Shown here in pieces: positions 10,588 through 19,662 of a stretch of 54,120 bases of DNA. Each line of letters opens with the position of its first letter. The stretch's first letter is position 1. Both the position numbers and the translations under genes were made by a program. A model generated the notes under the pieces. It worked only from the letters and a program-made list of their open reading frames with translations. It had not been told where the DNA came from and did not search any database. The stretch spans positions 62,001-116,120 of IMG/VR virus record IMGVR_UViG_3300042559_001567; one strand, 5' to 3'. The DNA is from an uncultured virus (IMG/VR IMGVR_UViG_3300042559_001567) (lineage: Duplodnaviria; Heunggongvirae; Uroviricota; Caudoviricetes).

Positions 10588-10815
10588 ATGATATCAGGTT
10601 CAGCGGCAAGAATTGCATCAAACACAGCAACAAGTTCATTATCTTACATAGATAGTTTAGTAACTGGAGCAACTGCTCAAGGTTTATACTCTATAACGGT
10701 GGATGGAGCAAGAGTAAACCCACAAATGATTACCACATTAAAATCTTATGGTTTTACGGTGGATACCACATATGACACTATGGGAACCTATCCAAGATAT
10801 GTGATTTCTTGGTAA
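10588..10815 (+). CDS. Hypothetical protein (75 aa)
   Basis: ORF on the coding strand with an A-rich leader, followed by a terminator. Confidence 0.7.
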   Translation: MISGSAARIASNTATSSLSYIDSLVTGATAQGLYSITVDGARVNPQMITTLKSYGFTVDTTYDTMGTYPRYVISW

Positions 10816-10847
10816 TTCAACCTTAAAAAAAACTTTAAAAATAATTT

Positions 10848-10876
10848 AACCCAGATTTCCAAGTCTGGGTTTTTTT
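10848..10876 (+). terminator. Intrinsic terminator
   Basis: aacccagatt-tcca-agtctgggtt stem with one G-U pair, followed by a T-run. Confidence 0.8.
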
Positions 10877-10878
10877 AT

Positions 10879-10894
10879 GTATATTTTACTATAA
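10879..10894 (+). repeat. 16-bp direct repeat GTATATTTTACTATAA, copy 1 (possible promoter)
   Basis: Identical to 19128-19143. Lies between the terminator and the ssb start. Confidence 0.6.
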
Positions 10895-10922
10895 CGTTTT
10901 AAAAACTTAAATTTTAACAATT

Positions 10923-11768
10923 ATGTCTACATTTGACGCAGTACTAGCACAGTACGAGAAAAACAAGAACAACGCCACAAGTGGCAATGCAAACAAGGTA
11001 TCCCAAGAGGATAGAATGAAGAAGTATTTCACAACCGTATTACCTAAGGGTTCTAAAGGTGAAGAAAGACGTATTCGTATTTTACCTACAAAAGATGGTA
11101 GTTCACCATTTGTAGAGGCTTATTTCCACGAAGTTCAAGTGGATGGAAAATGGGTTAAATTATTCGACCCTAAACAAGAAGGTAAGCGTTCACCATTAAA
11201 CGAGGTTTATGAAGGTTTAATGATGACTGGTGTTGATTCTGATAAAGAATTAGCACGTACATACCGTTCTCGTAAATTTTACATTGTAAAGGTTATTGAC
11301 CGTGACCATGAAAATGACGGAGTTAAATTTTGGAGATTTAAACATAACCACAAAGGTGATGGTATTATGGATAAAGTATTCCCAATTTTCCGTAACAAAG
11401 GAGATATCACTAATGCAGAAACAGGACGTGATTTGATTCTTTCTTTGGCATTAACTAAATCAGGTAACGGTAAGGAATACACAACAATTAATTCAATCAT
11501 CCCTGAAGATTCAGGTGTTTTACACACGGATGCAGATGTTGCAAAAACATGGTTAGAGGATGAATTAACTTGGTCAGATGTATATGCTAAGAAGGGTGAA
11601 GACTACTTAGAGTTAGTTGCAAGAGGTGAAGCCCCACGTTGGGATTCAGACCAAAAAAGATACGTTTCATCATCTACAAGTGATGAGGTAATTGCATCAC
11701 CAAAAACTTCTACTCCTGTGGTTGACCCACAAGAAGAAGATGATGTTGATGGAGATTTACCATTCTAA
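10923..11768 (+). CDS. Single-stranded DNA-binding protein, T4 gp32-like
   Basis: 'RRIRILPTKDGSSPF', 'RKFYIVKVIDRD', 'GRDLIL', and an acidic tail 'EEDDVDGDLPF'. It precedes the recombinase. Confidence 0.8.
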   Translation: MSTFDAVLAQYEKNKNNATSGNANKVSQEDRMKKYFTTVLPKGSKGEERRIRILPTKDGSSPFVEAYFHEVQVDGKWVKLFDPKQEGKRSPLNEVYEGLMMTGVDSDKELARTYRSRKFYIVKVIDRDHENDGVKFWRFKHNHKGDGIMDKVFPIFRNKGDITNAETGRDLILSLALTKSGNGKEYTTINSIIPEDSGVLHTDADVAKTWLEDELTWSDVYAKKGEDYLELVARGEAPRWDSDQKRYVSSSTSDEVIASPKTSTPVVDPQEEDDVDGDLPF

Positions 11769-11777
11769 TTAATTTAT

Positions 11778-11807
11778 GATGTTCCCGACATTGTTGTCGG
11801 GAACATC
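11778..11807. other. Perfect 13-bp intergenic hairpin (weak terminator or RNA-stability/processing element)
   Basis: gatgttcccgaca-ttgt-tgtcgggaacatc, followed only by 'cttt'. Confidence 0.7.
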
Positions 11808-11824
11808 CTTTAAAAAACAAAAAC

Positions 11825-12805
11825 ATGGCAGGAATTAAAAAAACAGATTTTTCTTCTATTAAGAAGAAATTCTCAAAAGAGGCAGAATATAAACCAGACC
11901 GTTTTTTCGATTTGGGTAGTGCCTTCTTAGACGCTACAGGTATACCTGGCCCCGCAATGGGTCACATCAATATGTTGTTAGGACATAGTGATACAGGTAA
12001 AACAACCGCACTTGTAAAGTCAGCGGTAGATGCTCAAAAGAAAGGTATTGTTCCCGTGTTTATTATCACAGAACAAAAATGGAGTTGGGACCATGCTGAA
12101 TTAATGGGATTCGATAAAGGAGGAGATTATCTTTTCAACAGTGATTTTGAGTACATTGAACAAATCACAGATTATATCAATGAATTATTAGATGCACAAG
12201 AGAAAGGAGATTTACCTCACGATTTATTAATCTTATGGGATTCAGTAGGTTCGGTTCCATGTAAAATGACTTACGATGGTAAAGGTGGTAAACAACACAA
12301 TGCATCAGTTTTAGCTGACAAAATTGGAATGGGTATCAACCAACGTATCTCAGGTTCAAGAAGAACAGATAAGTCTTATACGAACACATTAATCATTGTT
12401 AACCAACCTTGGGTAGAATTACCTGATAATCCTTTCGGACAACCGAAGATTAAAGCAAAAGGTGGTGAAGCCATTTGGTTAAACTCAAGTATCGTATTCT
12501 TATTTGGTAATCAAAAAGGTGCAGGAACGACTAAAATCTCTATCACTAAAGATAAGAGAAAAGTAAAAATAGCAACAAGAACAAAAATCTCTATCATGAA
12601 AAACCACATCAATGGTTTAGGATATGAAGACGGACGTATCTTGGTTACATCACACGGATTTATGGCTGGACGAGAGGAAGGAGAAGAAAAAAAATCTCTT
12701 GAAGAGTACAAAAAAGAAAGTGGTGATTACATCAGTAAGATGTTAGGTGTTAATGTTACAGACATTACGGACGTAGAAGTTGTAACAGAAGAGAGTGATC
12801 TATAA
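11825..12805 (+). CDS. uvsX: RecA/UvsX-like recombinase
   Basis: Walker A GHSDTGKT, Walker B 'LILWDSVG', 'LIIVNQ', 'KGGEAI', 'KNHING'. Confidence 0.85.
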   Translation: MAGIKKTDFSSIKKKFSKEAEYKPDRFFDLGSAFLDATGIPGPAMGHINMLLGHSDTGKTTALVKSAVDAQKKGIVPVFIITEQKWSWDHAELMGFDKGGDYLFNSDFEYIEQITDYINELLDAQEKGDLPHDLLILWDSVGSVPCKMTYDGKGGKQHNASVLADKIGMGINQRISGSRRTDKSYTNTLIIVNQPWVELPDNPFGQPKIKAKGGEAIWLNSSIVFLFGNQKGAGTTKISITKDKRKVKIATRTKISIMKNHINGLGYEDGRILVTSHGFMAGREEGEEKKSLEEYKKESGDYISKMLGVNVTDITDVEVVTEESDL

Positions 12806-12815
12806 TTAATTTTAA

Positions 12816-13838
12816 ATGTCGGTATTACTTGTTGATGGAGACAATTTACTCACGATTGGTTTTTATGGTGTTAAGAACGCCTTTCATAAAGGAGCACATA
12901 TTGGAGGAATTTATCATTTTCTCAATACTCTTAGAAAATCATTTGAAACATATCATTTAGATAAAATAGTGGTATTTTGGGATGGATTGGAAGGTTCACA
13001 AACCAGAAAGAAAATCTATATCCATTACAAGGAAAATAGAAGACAAAGAATTAGAAGTGAAGAAGAATTAAATTCCTATAACTACCAAAGAGATAGAGTA
13101 AAACAATATCTCGAGGAGTTATTTGTAAGACAGGGAGAATATGAGTATTGTGAGACTGATGACAACATCGCTTACTATACTCAAAATTCACCTGACGAAA
13201 ATAAAATAATTTATTCTTCAGACGGAGATTTAACTCAACTCGTTTCAGAAACCACACAAATTTACAATCCCTCACACGGAAAACTTTACAAAAAAAACGA
13301 TACTATTCTATACAACCATGAAGAAATTTTAATCGAAAATGTTAAATTGGTTAAGATGATGTGTGGTGATTCTTCAGACAACATTGCCGGTATAAGAGGA
13401 ATGGGAGTAAAAAGATTTTTATCAGTTTTCCCTGAACTAAAAACACAACAAATTTCTGTTGAACGAGTTAAAAACAAATGTGAGGAAATCTTTCAACAAG
13501 ACAAACACAACAAACTTATTGCAAATTTACTAACAGGTGTTACCAAACACGGAGTATTAGGTGAGGAATTTTTCGATATTAACAATCGTATCGTAAGTTT
13601 GGAAGAACCTTTTTTAACTGATGAGGCTAAAGAAAATATAAATTTACTAATAAATGAAAATTTAGACCAAGAAGGTAGGTCATATAAAAATGCTATGAGA
13701 ATGATGAGGGACGATGGAATATTCAATCTATTATCAAAATCTGACGATTCGTGGATTAAATTTATAAACCCATTTCTTCGATTAACAACAAAAGAAAAAA
13801 ATAAAAAAAAAACAATTAAAGTAAAAATCTATGAGTAA
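12816..13838 (+). CDS. 5'-3' exonuclease / flap endonuclease (T4 RNase H / PolA N-terminal-like)
   Basis: 'LLVDGDNL', 'YKENR', 'ETDDNIA', 'SSDGDLTQL', and the H3TH motif 'GDSSDNIAGIRGMGVK'. Confidence 0.9.
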   Translation: MSVLLVDGDNLLTIGFYGVKNAFHKGAHIGGIYHFLNTLRKSFETYHLDKIVVFWDGLEGSQTRKKIYIHYKENRRQRIRSEEELNSYNYQRDRVKQYLEELFVRQGEYEYCETDDNIAYYTQNSPDENKIIYSSDGDLTQLVSETTQIYNPSHGKLYKKNDTILYNHEEILIENVKLVKMMCGDSSDNIAGIRGMGVKRFLSVFPELKTQQISVERVKNKCEEIFQQDKHNKLIANLLTGVTKHGVLGEEFFDINNRIVSLEEPFLTDEAKENINLLINENLDQEGRSYKNAMRMMRDDGIFNLLSKSDDSWIKFINPFLRLTTKEKNKKKTIKVKIYE

Positions 13839-14280
13839 CCAACAACTTGACATCACAAAATTTGAGTTTCTTTTAACATTAGAAGGAAACATAATCTGTC
13901 AACGATTCTTCAATGTTAAGGATCATGTAGAACAATCCCGCCGTTCTATGGATTTACATTATTATATAAGAAATATTTGTGAAGATATTGCGGAGGATTT
14001 AAAAATAAAAAGTTCCGATTATTTGTGTGAAAATCAAAATTATTTCCTATCTTCGGACTATGTGGAAGATGCTCCGGAGAAGGACAGAGAACATTTTTTA
14101 TTAGTCATTAAGTTGAATGACGATGTATTTATTCAAAGGATATTCCCCGCATATTATTACCATCCAAAGGTTAGGTATACGGTTGATATTCGTCCAAAAC
14201 TTAAGCGTATTTTGTCAGACTTAACTGACATTTTATCATCTGAAGAATTGGAAACAACATATCTACATTACGAACTATAA
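13831..14280 (+). CDS. Hypothetical protein in the replication module (149 aa)
   Basis: Overlaps the exonuclease stop and sits between exonuclease and helicase. No recognisable motif. Confidence 0.75.
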   Translation: MSNQQLDITKFEFLLTLEGNIICQRFFNVKDHVEQSRRSMDLHYYIRNICEDIAEDLKIKSSDYLCENQNYFLSSDYVEDAPEKDREHFLLVIKLNDDVFIQRIFPAYYYHPKVRYTVDIRPKLKRILSDLTDILSSEELETTYLHYEL

Positions 14281-14305
14281 TTTTTAATATATAATAAAAC
14301 ATAAC

Positions 14306-15685
14306 ATGGAAGAAAGGAATTTTGGGTATTTGGGATTTACATTTCAACAATCACTAATAAAGGCAATAATTGAGGATAAGAAGTACGGAGAAACGATTAT
14401 TGATGTAATTGAAGCTAAGTTTTTTGATAATAATTCATTTAGATTTATTATGGAGAACACAAAGGAATTGTACAAAATATATAGTAAAATACCTAATTAC
14501 GATACGTTAGCACAAAAAATCATGGCTGAAGGAGGTAACCGTGATTCTTCTAAAGTACATTTAGACACATTAACGGCTATAAGTGAAGGAGAGGGTCAAA
14601 CTGAATATATTAAAGACACGGCACTTAATTTTTGTAAACAACAAAATTTAAAAAGAGAACTTAAAAGTGTACAAAGTATTATTGAAAGCGGTGAGTTCGA
14701 ATCTTATAGTAAAATTGAACAAATCATTCAAAAGGCATTACAAGTTGGTATCAGTAATGATGATGCAACTGACGTATTTCATAATATTGATGAGGCGTTA
14801 GAAAGCGACTATCGTCTACCAATTGCAACTGGAATTGTTGGAGTTGATAAAGTTCTTAAGGGTGGATTAGGTAGAGGTGAATTAGGAGTAGTTCTTGCAC
14901 CAACTGGTACTGGTAAAACCACATTATTAACTAAATTTGCCAATACAGCATATAATTTAGACTTTAACGTACTTCAAATATTTTTTGAAGATAATCCGGG
15001 TAACATTAAGAGAAAACACTATACAATTTGGACTGACATTACTGCGGACGAACAACCAGAATTTAAGGACATAGTTAAGAAAAAGGTTGAGGAAGTACAA
15101 GAAAAATCAAAAGGTAATTTAAGATTATTAAAATTAGCTAGTGATAATGTTACAATAGCCGATATCAAATCTAAAGTTAGAAAACTGAATTCAGATGGAT
15201 TCAAAATTGATTTATTAATTATTGATTATATTGATTGTGTATCTTCAGATAAATCAACAAACGGAGAAGAATGGAAAGGTGAGGGTTCGGTAATGAGAAG
15301 TTTAGAAGCAATGACAGGTGAGTTTGATATGGCAATATGGACAGCAACTCAAGGTAATCGTGAATCAATTTCATCTGAAGTTGTAACAGGAGACCAAATG
15401 GGAGGTTCAATCAAGAAGGCACAAATTGCTCACGTTATATTATCTATTGGTAAAACATTAGAACAAAAAGAACACAACTTAGCAACTTTAACTTTACTTA
15501 AATCTCGTATAGGTAAGGATGGTATCATATGGCAAAACTGTAAATTCAACAATGAGTTCTTACTTATTGATACAGAATCACAAAATACTCTATTAGGTCA
15601 CGAAGAACAAAAAGTTCAAAATAACCAAGTTAGAGCAAGAGAAGCCTTTTTAAAGAGACAAGAAGTAGCAAACAAACAAAACTAA
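14306..15685 (+). CDS. Replicative DNA helicase (DnaB / T4 gp41-like)
   Basis: Walker A APTGTGKT, 'LLIIDYID', 'WTATQGNR', 'LKSRIG'. Confidence 0.9.
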   Translation: MEERNFGYLGFTFQQSLIKAIIEDKKYGETIIDVIEAKFFDNNSFRFIMENTKELYKIYSKIPNYDTLAQKIMAEGGNRDSSKVHLDTLTAISEGEGQTEYIKDTALNFCKQQNLKRELKSVQSIIESGEFESYSKIEQIIQKALQVGISNDDATDVFHNIDEALESDYRLPIATGIVGVDKVLKGGLGRGELGVVLAPTGTGKTTLLTKFANTAYNLDFNVLQIFFEDNPGNIKRKHYTIWTDITADEQPEFKDIVKKKVEEVQEKSKGNLRLLKLASDNVTIADIKSKVRKLNSDGFKIDLLIIDYIDCVSSDKSTNGEEWKGEGSVMRSLEAMTGEFDMAIWTATQGNRESISSEVVTGDQMGGSIKKAQIAHVILSIGKTLEQKEHNLATLTLLKSRIGKDGIIWQNCKFNNEFLLIDTESQNTLLGHEEQKVQNNQVRAREAFLKRQEVANKQN

Positions 15686-15692
15686 AAAAAAA

Positions 15693-16670
15693 ATGACTGA
15701 AAAAATTTTACAAGACAACCCAGGAAGGTTTGTCCTTTTTCCTATCGAACATCATGACTTATGGAAGTTCTATAAACAATCTGAAGCGTCTTTTTGGACT
15801 GCGGAAGAGATTGATTTAACTCAAGATGTAAATGACTGGGAGAATAAATTAAATGACGATGAACAACATTTCGTAAAACACGTGTTAGCATTTTTTGCGG
15901 CATCTGATGGTATAGTAAATGAAAATTTGGCAATGAACTTTGTTAATGAAGTTCAATATACTGAAGCTAAATTCTTTTATGGATTCCAAATTATGATGGA
16001 GAATATTCATAGTGAAACGTATTCATTATTAATTGATACATTGGTAAAAGATAAGGAAGAACAACATAAATTGTTTAATGCAATTGATACTATTCCCGCA
16101 ATTAAGAAGAAAGCGGATTGGGCACTTAAATGGATTAATTCAGAATCATTCGTAGATAGACTATTAGCGTTTGCTGCGGTGGAGGGTATTTTCTTTTCAG
16201 GTTCGTTCTGTTCAATTTTTTGGTTAAAGAAAAGAGGTTTAATGCCAGGTTTAACTTTTTCAAATGAGTTGATTTCTCGTGACGAAGGTGTACACTGTGA
16301 TTTTGCTTGTCATCTTTATAACAACCATATTGAAAATAAAATATCACCAGAAAGAATTAAAGAAATTATTTGTGGTGCGTTAGAAATTGAAAAGGAATTT
16401 ATTCTCGAAGCATTGCCGGTTCGTTTAATCGGTATGAACTCAGATTTAATGTCACAATACCTTGAGTTTGTAACAGATAGATTATTGGTTGCATTAGGTG
16501 CTCCTAAAGTTTATAATTCAGAAAATCCTTTTGATTTTATGCAAAACATTGCATTACAAGGTAAAACTAATTTTTTTGAGAAAAGAGTGGCTGAATATCA
16601 AAAAGCTGGTGTTAATAACGTAGCAACTGAAGATTTAGATTCAGCATTTGGTGACGACATTGATTTTTAA
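15693..16670 (+). CDS. nrdB: Ribonucleotide reductase class Ia beta subunit
   Basis: 'FWTAEEID', '[12 protein letters not shown]', 'ENIHSETY', 'EGIFFSGSF', 'RDEGVH', '[10 protein letters not shown]'. Confidence 0.97.
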   Translation: MTEKILQDNPGRFVLFPIEHHDLWKFYKQSEASFWTAEEIDLTQDVNDWENKLNDDEQHFVKHVLAFFAASDGIVNENLAMNFVNEVQYTEAKFFYGFQIMMENIHSETYSLLIDTLVKDKEEQHKLFNAIDTIPAIKKKADWALKWINSESFVDRLLAFAAVEGIFFSGSFCSIFWLKKRGLMPGLTFSNELISRDEGVHCDFACHLYNNHIENKISPERIKEIICGALEIEKEFILEALPVRLIGMNSDLMSQYLEFVTDRLLVALGAPKVYNSENPFDFMQNIALQGKTNFFEKRVAEYQKAGVNNVATEDLDSAFGDDIDF

Positions 16671-16685
16671 AATATTATTATAAAG

Positions 16686-19118
16686 ATGAAAGTAAAAAAA
16701 AGAGACGGTTCCTTAGAGGAAATGAGGTATGATAAAATCACGAGAAGAATTAGTGTTTTCTGTAGTGATTTAAATTTAGAATATATTGACCCAACATATG
16801 TTACATTAAAAGTAACACAAGGAATTTATGACGGAATATCAACAACTGAGTTAGATGTGTTAGCGGCGGAGACAGCTGCTGCTATGGTTACAACACATCC
16901 AGATTATGCTAAGTTAGCTGGTAGATTGGCAGTTTCTAATTTACATAAAACAACACATAAAAAATTCTCACAATGTGTTAAAGAACTATATTCTTTTGTT
17001 GAACCAAAAACAGGTAAAGAATCTTCATTAATAAGTGATGACGTTTACAAGTTTGTGATTGATAATAGAGAAACTTTAGATGGTGCAATTCATCAAGAAA
17101 GAGATTTTGATTTTGATTATTTTGGTTATAAGACATTAGAACGTTCTTATCTTTTAAAGATTGGAGATAGAGTTATTGAAAGACCACAATATCTTTATAT
17201 GAGAGTTGCGGTTGGTATATGTAAGGGTGATTTAGATACTGCGTTAAGAATTTATGATGACTTATCACAACATTTTTATACTCACGCAACACCAACATTA
17301 TTTAATGCTGGTACACGTAGAGCACAAATGTCATCTTGTTTTTTAATTGGAAACAAAGGTGATGATATTGATGGTTTGTTTGACACAATTAAAGACGTTG
17401 CAAAGATTTCTAAGTGGGCTGGTGGTATCGGTTTACACGTTCATGATGTTCGTGCTAAAGGAGCATATATTAAAGGAACAGGTGGACAATCTGATGGATT
17501 GTTACCAATGATGAAAACATATAACGAAGTTGCTCGTTGGATTAACCAAGGAGGAAAACGTAAAGGTTCGTTCGCTGTTTATTTAGAACCATGGCATTCT
17601 GATGTATTTGAATTTATTGATTTAAGAAAAAATCACGGTAAAGAGGAAATGAGAGCAAGAGATTTGTTCTTAGCAATGTGGACTCCTGATTTGTTTATGC
17701 AACGTGTCGAACAAGATGGTGATTGGACATTGTTCTCACCTGATGAGGCACCTGGATTATCTGATGCATATGATAGTCCTGAAGATAAGGCGTTTACTCG
17801 TTTATATGAATCATACGAACAACAAGGTTTAGGTAGAAAAGTCATTAAAGCAAGAAAATTAATGGATGCTATCTTAACTGCACAAATTGAAACAGGTACA
17901 CCCTATATGTTATATAAGGACCCTGCCAATTATAAATCAAACCAAAAAAATTTAGGTACTATCAAGTCATCAAACTTATGTACTGAAATTATTGAATACA
18001 GTTCACCAACTGAACAAGCGGTTTGTAATTTAGCATCAATTGCTTTACCTAAGTATATTTTAAACGGTGAATTTAATCACGATTTATTATATGAATACAC
18101 ATATCAAGTTGTAAAAAACTTAAACAATGTGATTGATTTAAATTATTACCCAACAGAAGAAACAAAACGTTCAAATCTTAAACACAGACCAGTTGGCTTA
18201 GGAGTTCAAGGTTTAGCCGATGTGTTTTGTATGTTAAATTTACCATTTGAATCTGAAGATGCTGATAAATTACAAACAGATATTTTTGAAACAATATATT
18301 TTGCGGCGATGACATCTTCAAATGACTTATCGAAAGAGTTTGGACCATATGAATCAATTGCAGGTTCACCAATCGAAAAAGGAATTTTCCAATTTGAGAT
18401 GTGGGGTAAAACTGCCAAAGATTTATCTGGTCGTTGGGATTGGAAAAAATTAAGGAAGAATGTTGTTAACTATGGTGTTAGAAATTCATTATTAGTTGCA
18501 CCGATGCCAACAGCATCTACAGCACAGATTTTAGGTAATAATGAAGCGTTTGAACCATTCACAACAAATTTATATTCACGTAGAACATTAAGTGGTGAGT
18601 TTGTCATGATTAACAAACATTTGGTTGCCGATTTATTGAAGTTAGGGTTATGGAATGATACGATTAAGAACAAGTTAATCATGGAAAATGGTTCGGTTCA
18701 AAATATTCCTGAAATTCCAACTGAAATGAAAGAAGTATATAAGACCGTTTGGGAAATGTCTCAAAAGAGAGTTTTACAAATGGCAGCAAACAGAAGTGTA
18801 TTTATTGACCAATCACAATCATTAAATTTATTTGTGGATAATGCAACTAAACCTAAATTATTAGCAGCACACTTATTTGGATGGAAATTAGGTTTAAAAA
18901 CTGGTATGTATTATTTAAGAACAAGAGCGGCAGTTGATGCGTTGAAAGGTTTGGGGGTTGATATGTCAGCATCAAAACCAGTCGAACAAACATCATCTGT
19001 GAATAATGTTGAAGTTCCAACAAATAATACATTGATTAGTGAACAAACACCTGAAGTTGTAATGACATCAGAAAGACCCACCGATTCACCATTTGAGTGT
19101 GAGGGATGTGGTTCGTAA
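16686..19118 (+). CDS. nrdA: Ribonucleotide reductase class Ia alpha subunit with N-terminal ATP cone
   Basis: 'VKKRDG' ATP cone, 'ATPTLFNAG', 'SSCF', 'SNLCTEI', 'PMPTAST', 'KTGMYYLR', and C-terminal CEGC. Confidence 0.97.
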   Translation: MKVKKRDGSLEEMRYDKITRRISVFCSDLNLEYIDPTYVTLKVTQGIYDGISTTELDVLAAETAAAMVTTHPDYAKLAGRLAVSNLHKTTHKKFSQCVKELYSFVEPKTGKESSLISDDVYKFVIDNRETLDGAIHQERDFDFDYFGYKTLERSYLLKIGDRVIERPQYLYMRVAVGICKGDLDTALRIYDDLSQHFYTHATPTLFNAGTRRAQMSSCFLIGNKGDDIDGLFDTIKDVAKISKWAGGIGLHVHDVRAKGAYIKGTGGQSDGLLPMMKTYNEVARWINQGGKRKGSFAVYLEPWHSDVFEFIDLRKNHGKEEMRARDLFLAMWTPDLFMQRVEQDGDWTLFSPDEAPGLSDAYDSPEDKAFTRLYESYEQQGLGRKVIKARKLMDAILTAQIETGTPYMLYKDPANYKSNQKNLGTIKSSNLCTEIIEYSSPTEQAVCNLASIALPKYILNGEFNHDLLYEYTYQVVKNLNNVIDLNYYPTEETKRSNLKHRPVGLGVQGLADVFCMLNLPFESEDADKLQTDIFETIYFAAMTSSNDLSKEFGPYESIAGSPIEKGIFQFEMWGKTAKDLSGRWDWKKLRKNVVNYGVRNSLLVAPMPTASTAQILGNNEAFEPFTTNLYSRRTLSGEFVMINKHLVADLLKLGLWNDTIKNKLIMENGSVQNIPEIPTEMKEVYKTVWEMSQKRVLQMAANRSVFIDQSQSLNLFVDNATKPKLLAAHLFGWKLGLKTGMYYLRTRAAVDALKGLGVDMSASKPVEQTSSVNNVEVPTNNTLISEQTPEVVMTSERPTDSPFECEGCGS

Positions 19119-19127
19119 TAAAATTAG

Positions 19128-19143
19128 GTATATTTTACTATAA
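19128..19143 (+). repeat. 16-bp direct repeat GTATATTTTACTATAA, copy 2
   Basis: Identical to 10879-10894. Lies between the nrdA stop and the terminator. Confidence 0.6.
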
Positions 19144-19147
19144 ATTT

Positions 19148-19171
19148 AACCCAGCTTCGGCTGGGTTTTTT
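19148..19171 (+). terminator. Intrinsic terminator with cUUCGg tetraloop
   Basis: aacccagc-ttcg-gctgggtt followed by a T-run, directly after nrdA. Confidence 0.9.
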
Positions 19172-19208
19172 ATTTATTACCATTTTATAATAGTTTATAT
19201 TTATTGGT

Positions 19209-19661
19209 ATGGCGGTAAAATATGGAATTGATTTTCCTTTTAGAGACAGTTTAGAAGGTAGTTATTTAAAAATGACCTCAGCACCCGATAGGGAAGTTAG
19301 AGCTAATTTAATACATTTATTATTAACAAAAAGAGGTAGTCGTTATTTCTTACCTGATTTTGGTACAAGATTATATCAATTTATATTCGACCAAAACGAC
19401 ATGGTAACTTGGAACTTAATTGAAGAAGAAATTAGGGAATCGGTAAAAAGATACATACCTAATTTAGACATAACAAATCTTGAAGTAATTTCTGCGGAAG
19501 ATGATCCTGATAATGTAAGAACATTTTCTTCTGATGAGGACGAAAGACTTTTTAGAGTATCAGATAGTAAAAATAAACCGTACACGGCTAAAGTAAAGAT
19601 TGAATATACAGTTAATAATGGAGCGTTTTCGTCTTCAGATTTTATAATATTAAACATTTAA
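19209..19661 (+). CDS. Baseplate wedge subunit, gp25/GPW-like
   Basis: 'VRANLIHLLLTKRGSRYFLPDFGTRLYQFIFD...IRESVKRYIP' matches the gp25 signature. Confidence 0.9.
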   Translation: MAVKYGIDFPFRDSLEGSYLKMTSAPDREVRANLIHLLLTKRGSRYFLPDFGTRLYQFIFDQNDMVTWNLIEEEIRESVKRYIPNLDITNLEVISAEDDPDNVRTFSSDEDERLFRVSDSKNKPYTAKVKIEYTVNNGAFSSSDFIILNI

Positions 19662-19662
19662 A

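Noticed and set aside
13791..13838. A7/A10 runs at the exonuclease 3' end as a frameshift fusing it to the next ORF
   Set aside because: A TAA at 13822-13824 is in frame with the downstream ORF and blocks fusion. The run is more simply an A-rich translation leader.
14306..19118. Inteins or introns in helicase, nrdB or nrdA
   Set aside because: Lengths are normal, motifs are contiguous, and there is no homing-endonuclease insertion.
15693..19118. Eukaryotic or giant-virus origin suggested by eukaryote-like RNR and mucin-like proteins
   Set aside because: The gp25/gp6 baseplate genes, gp32-like SSB, DnaB/DnaG-type enzymes, overlapping operon structure and intrinsic terminators indicate a tailed bacteriophage.
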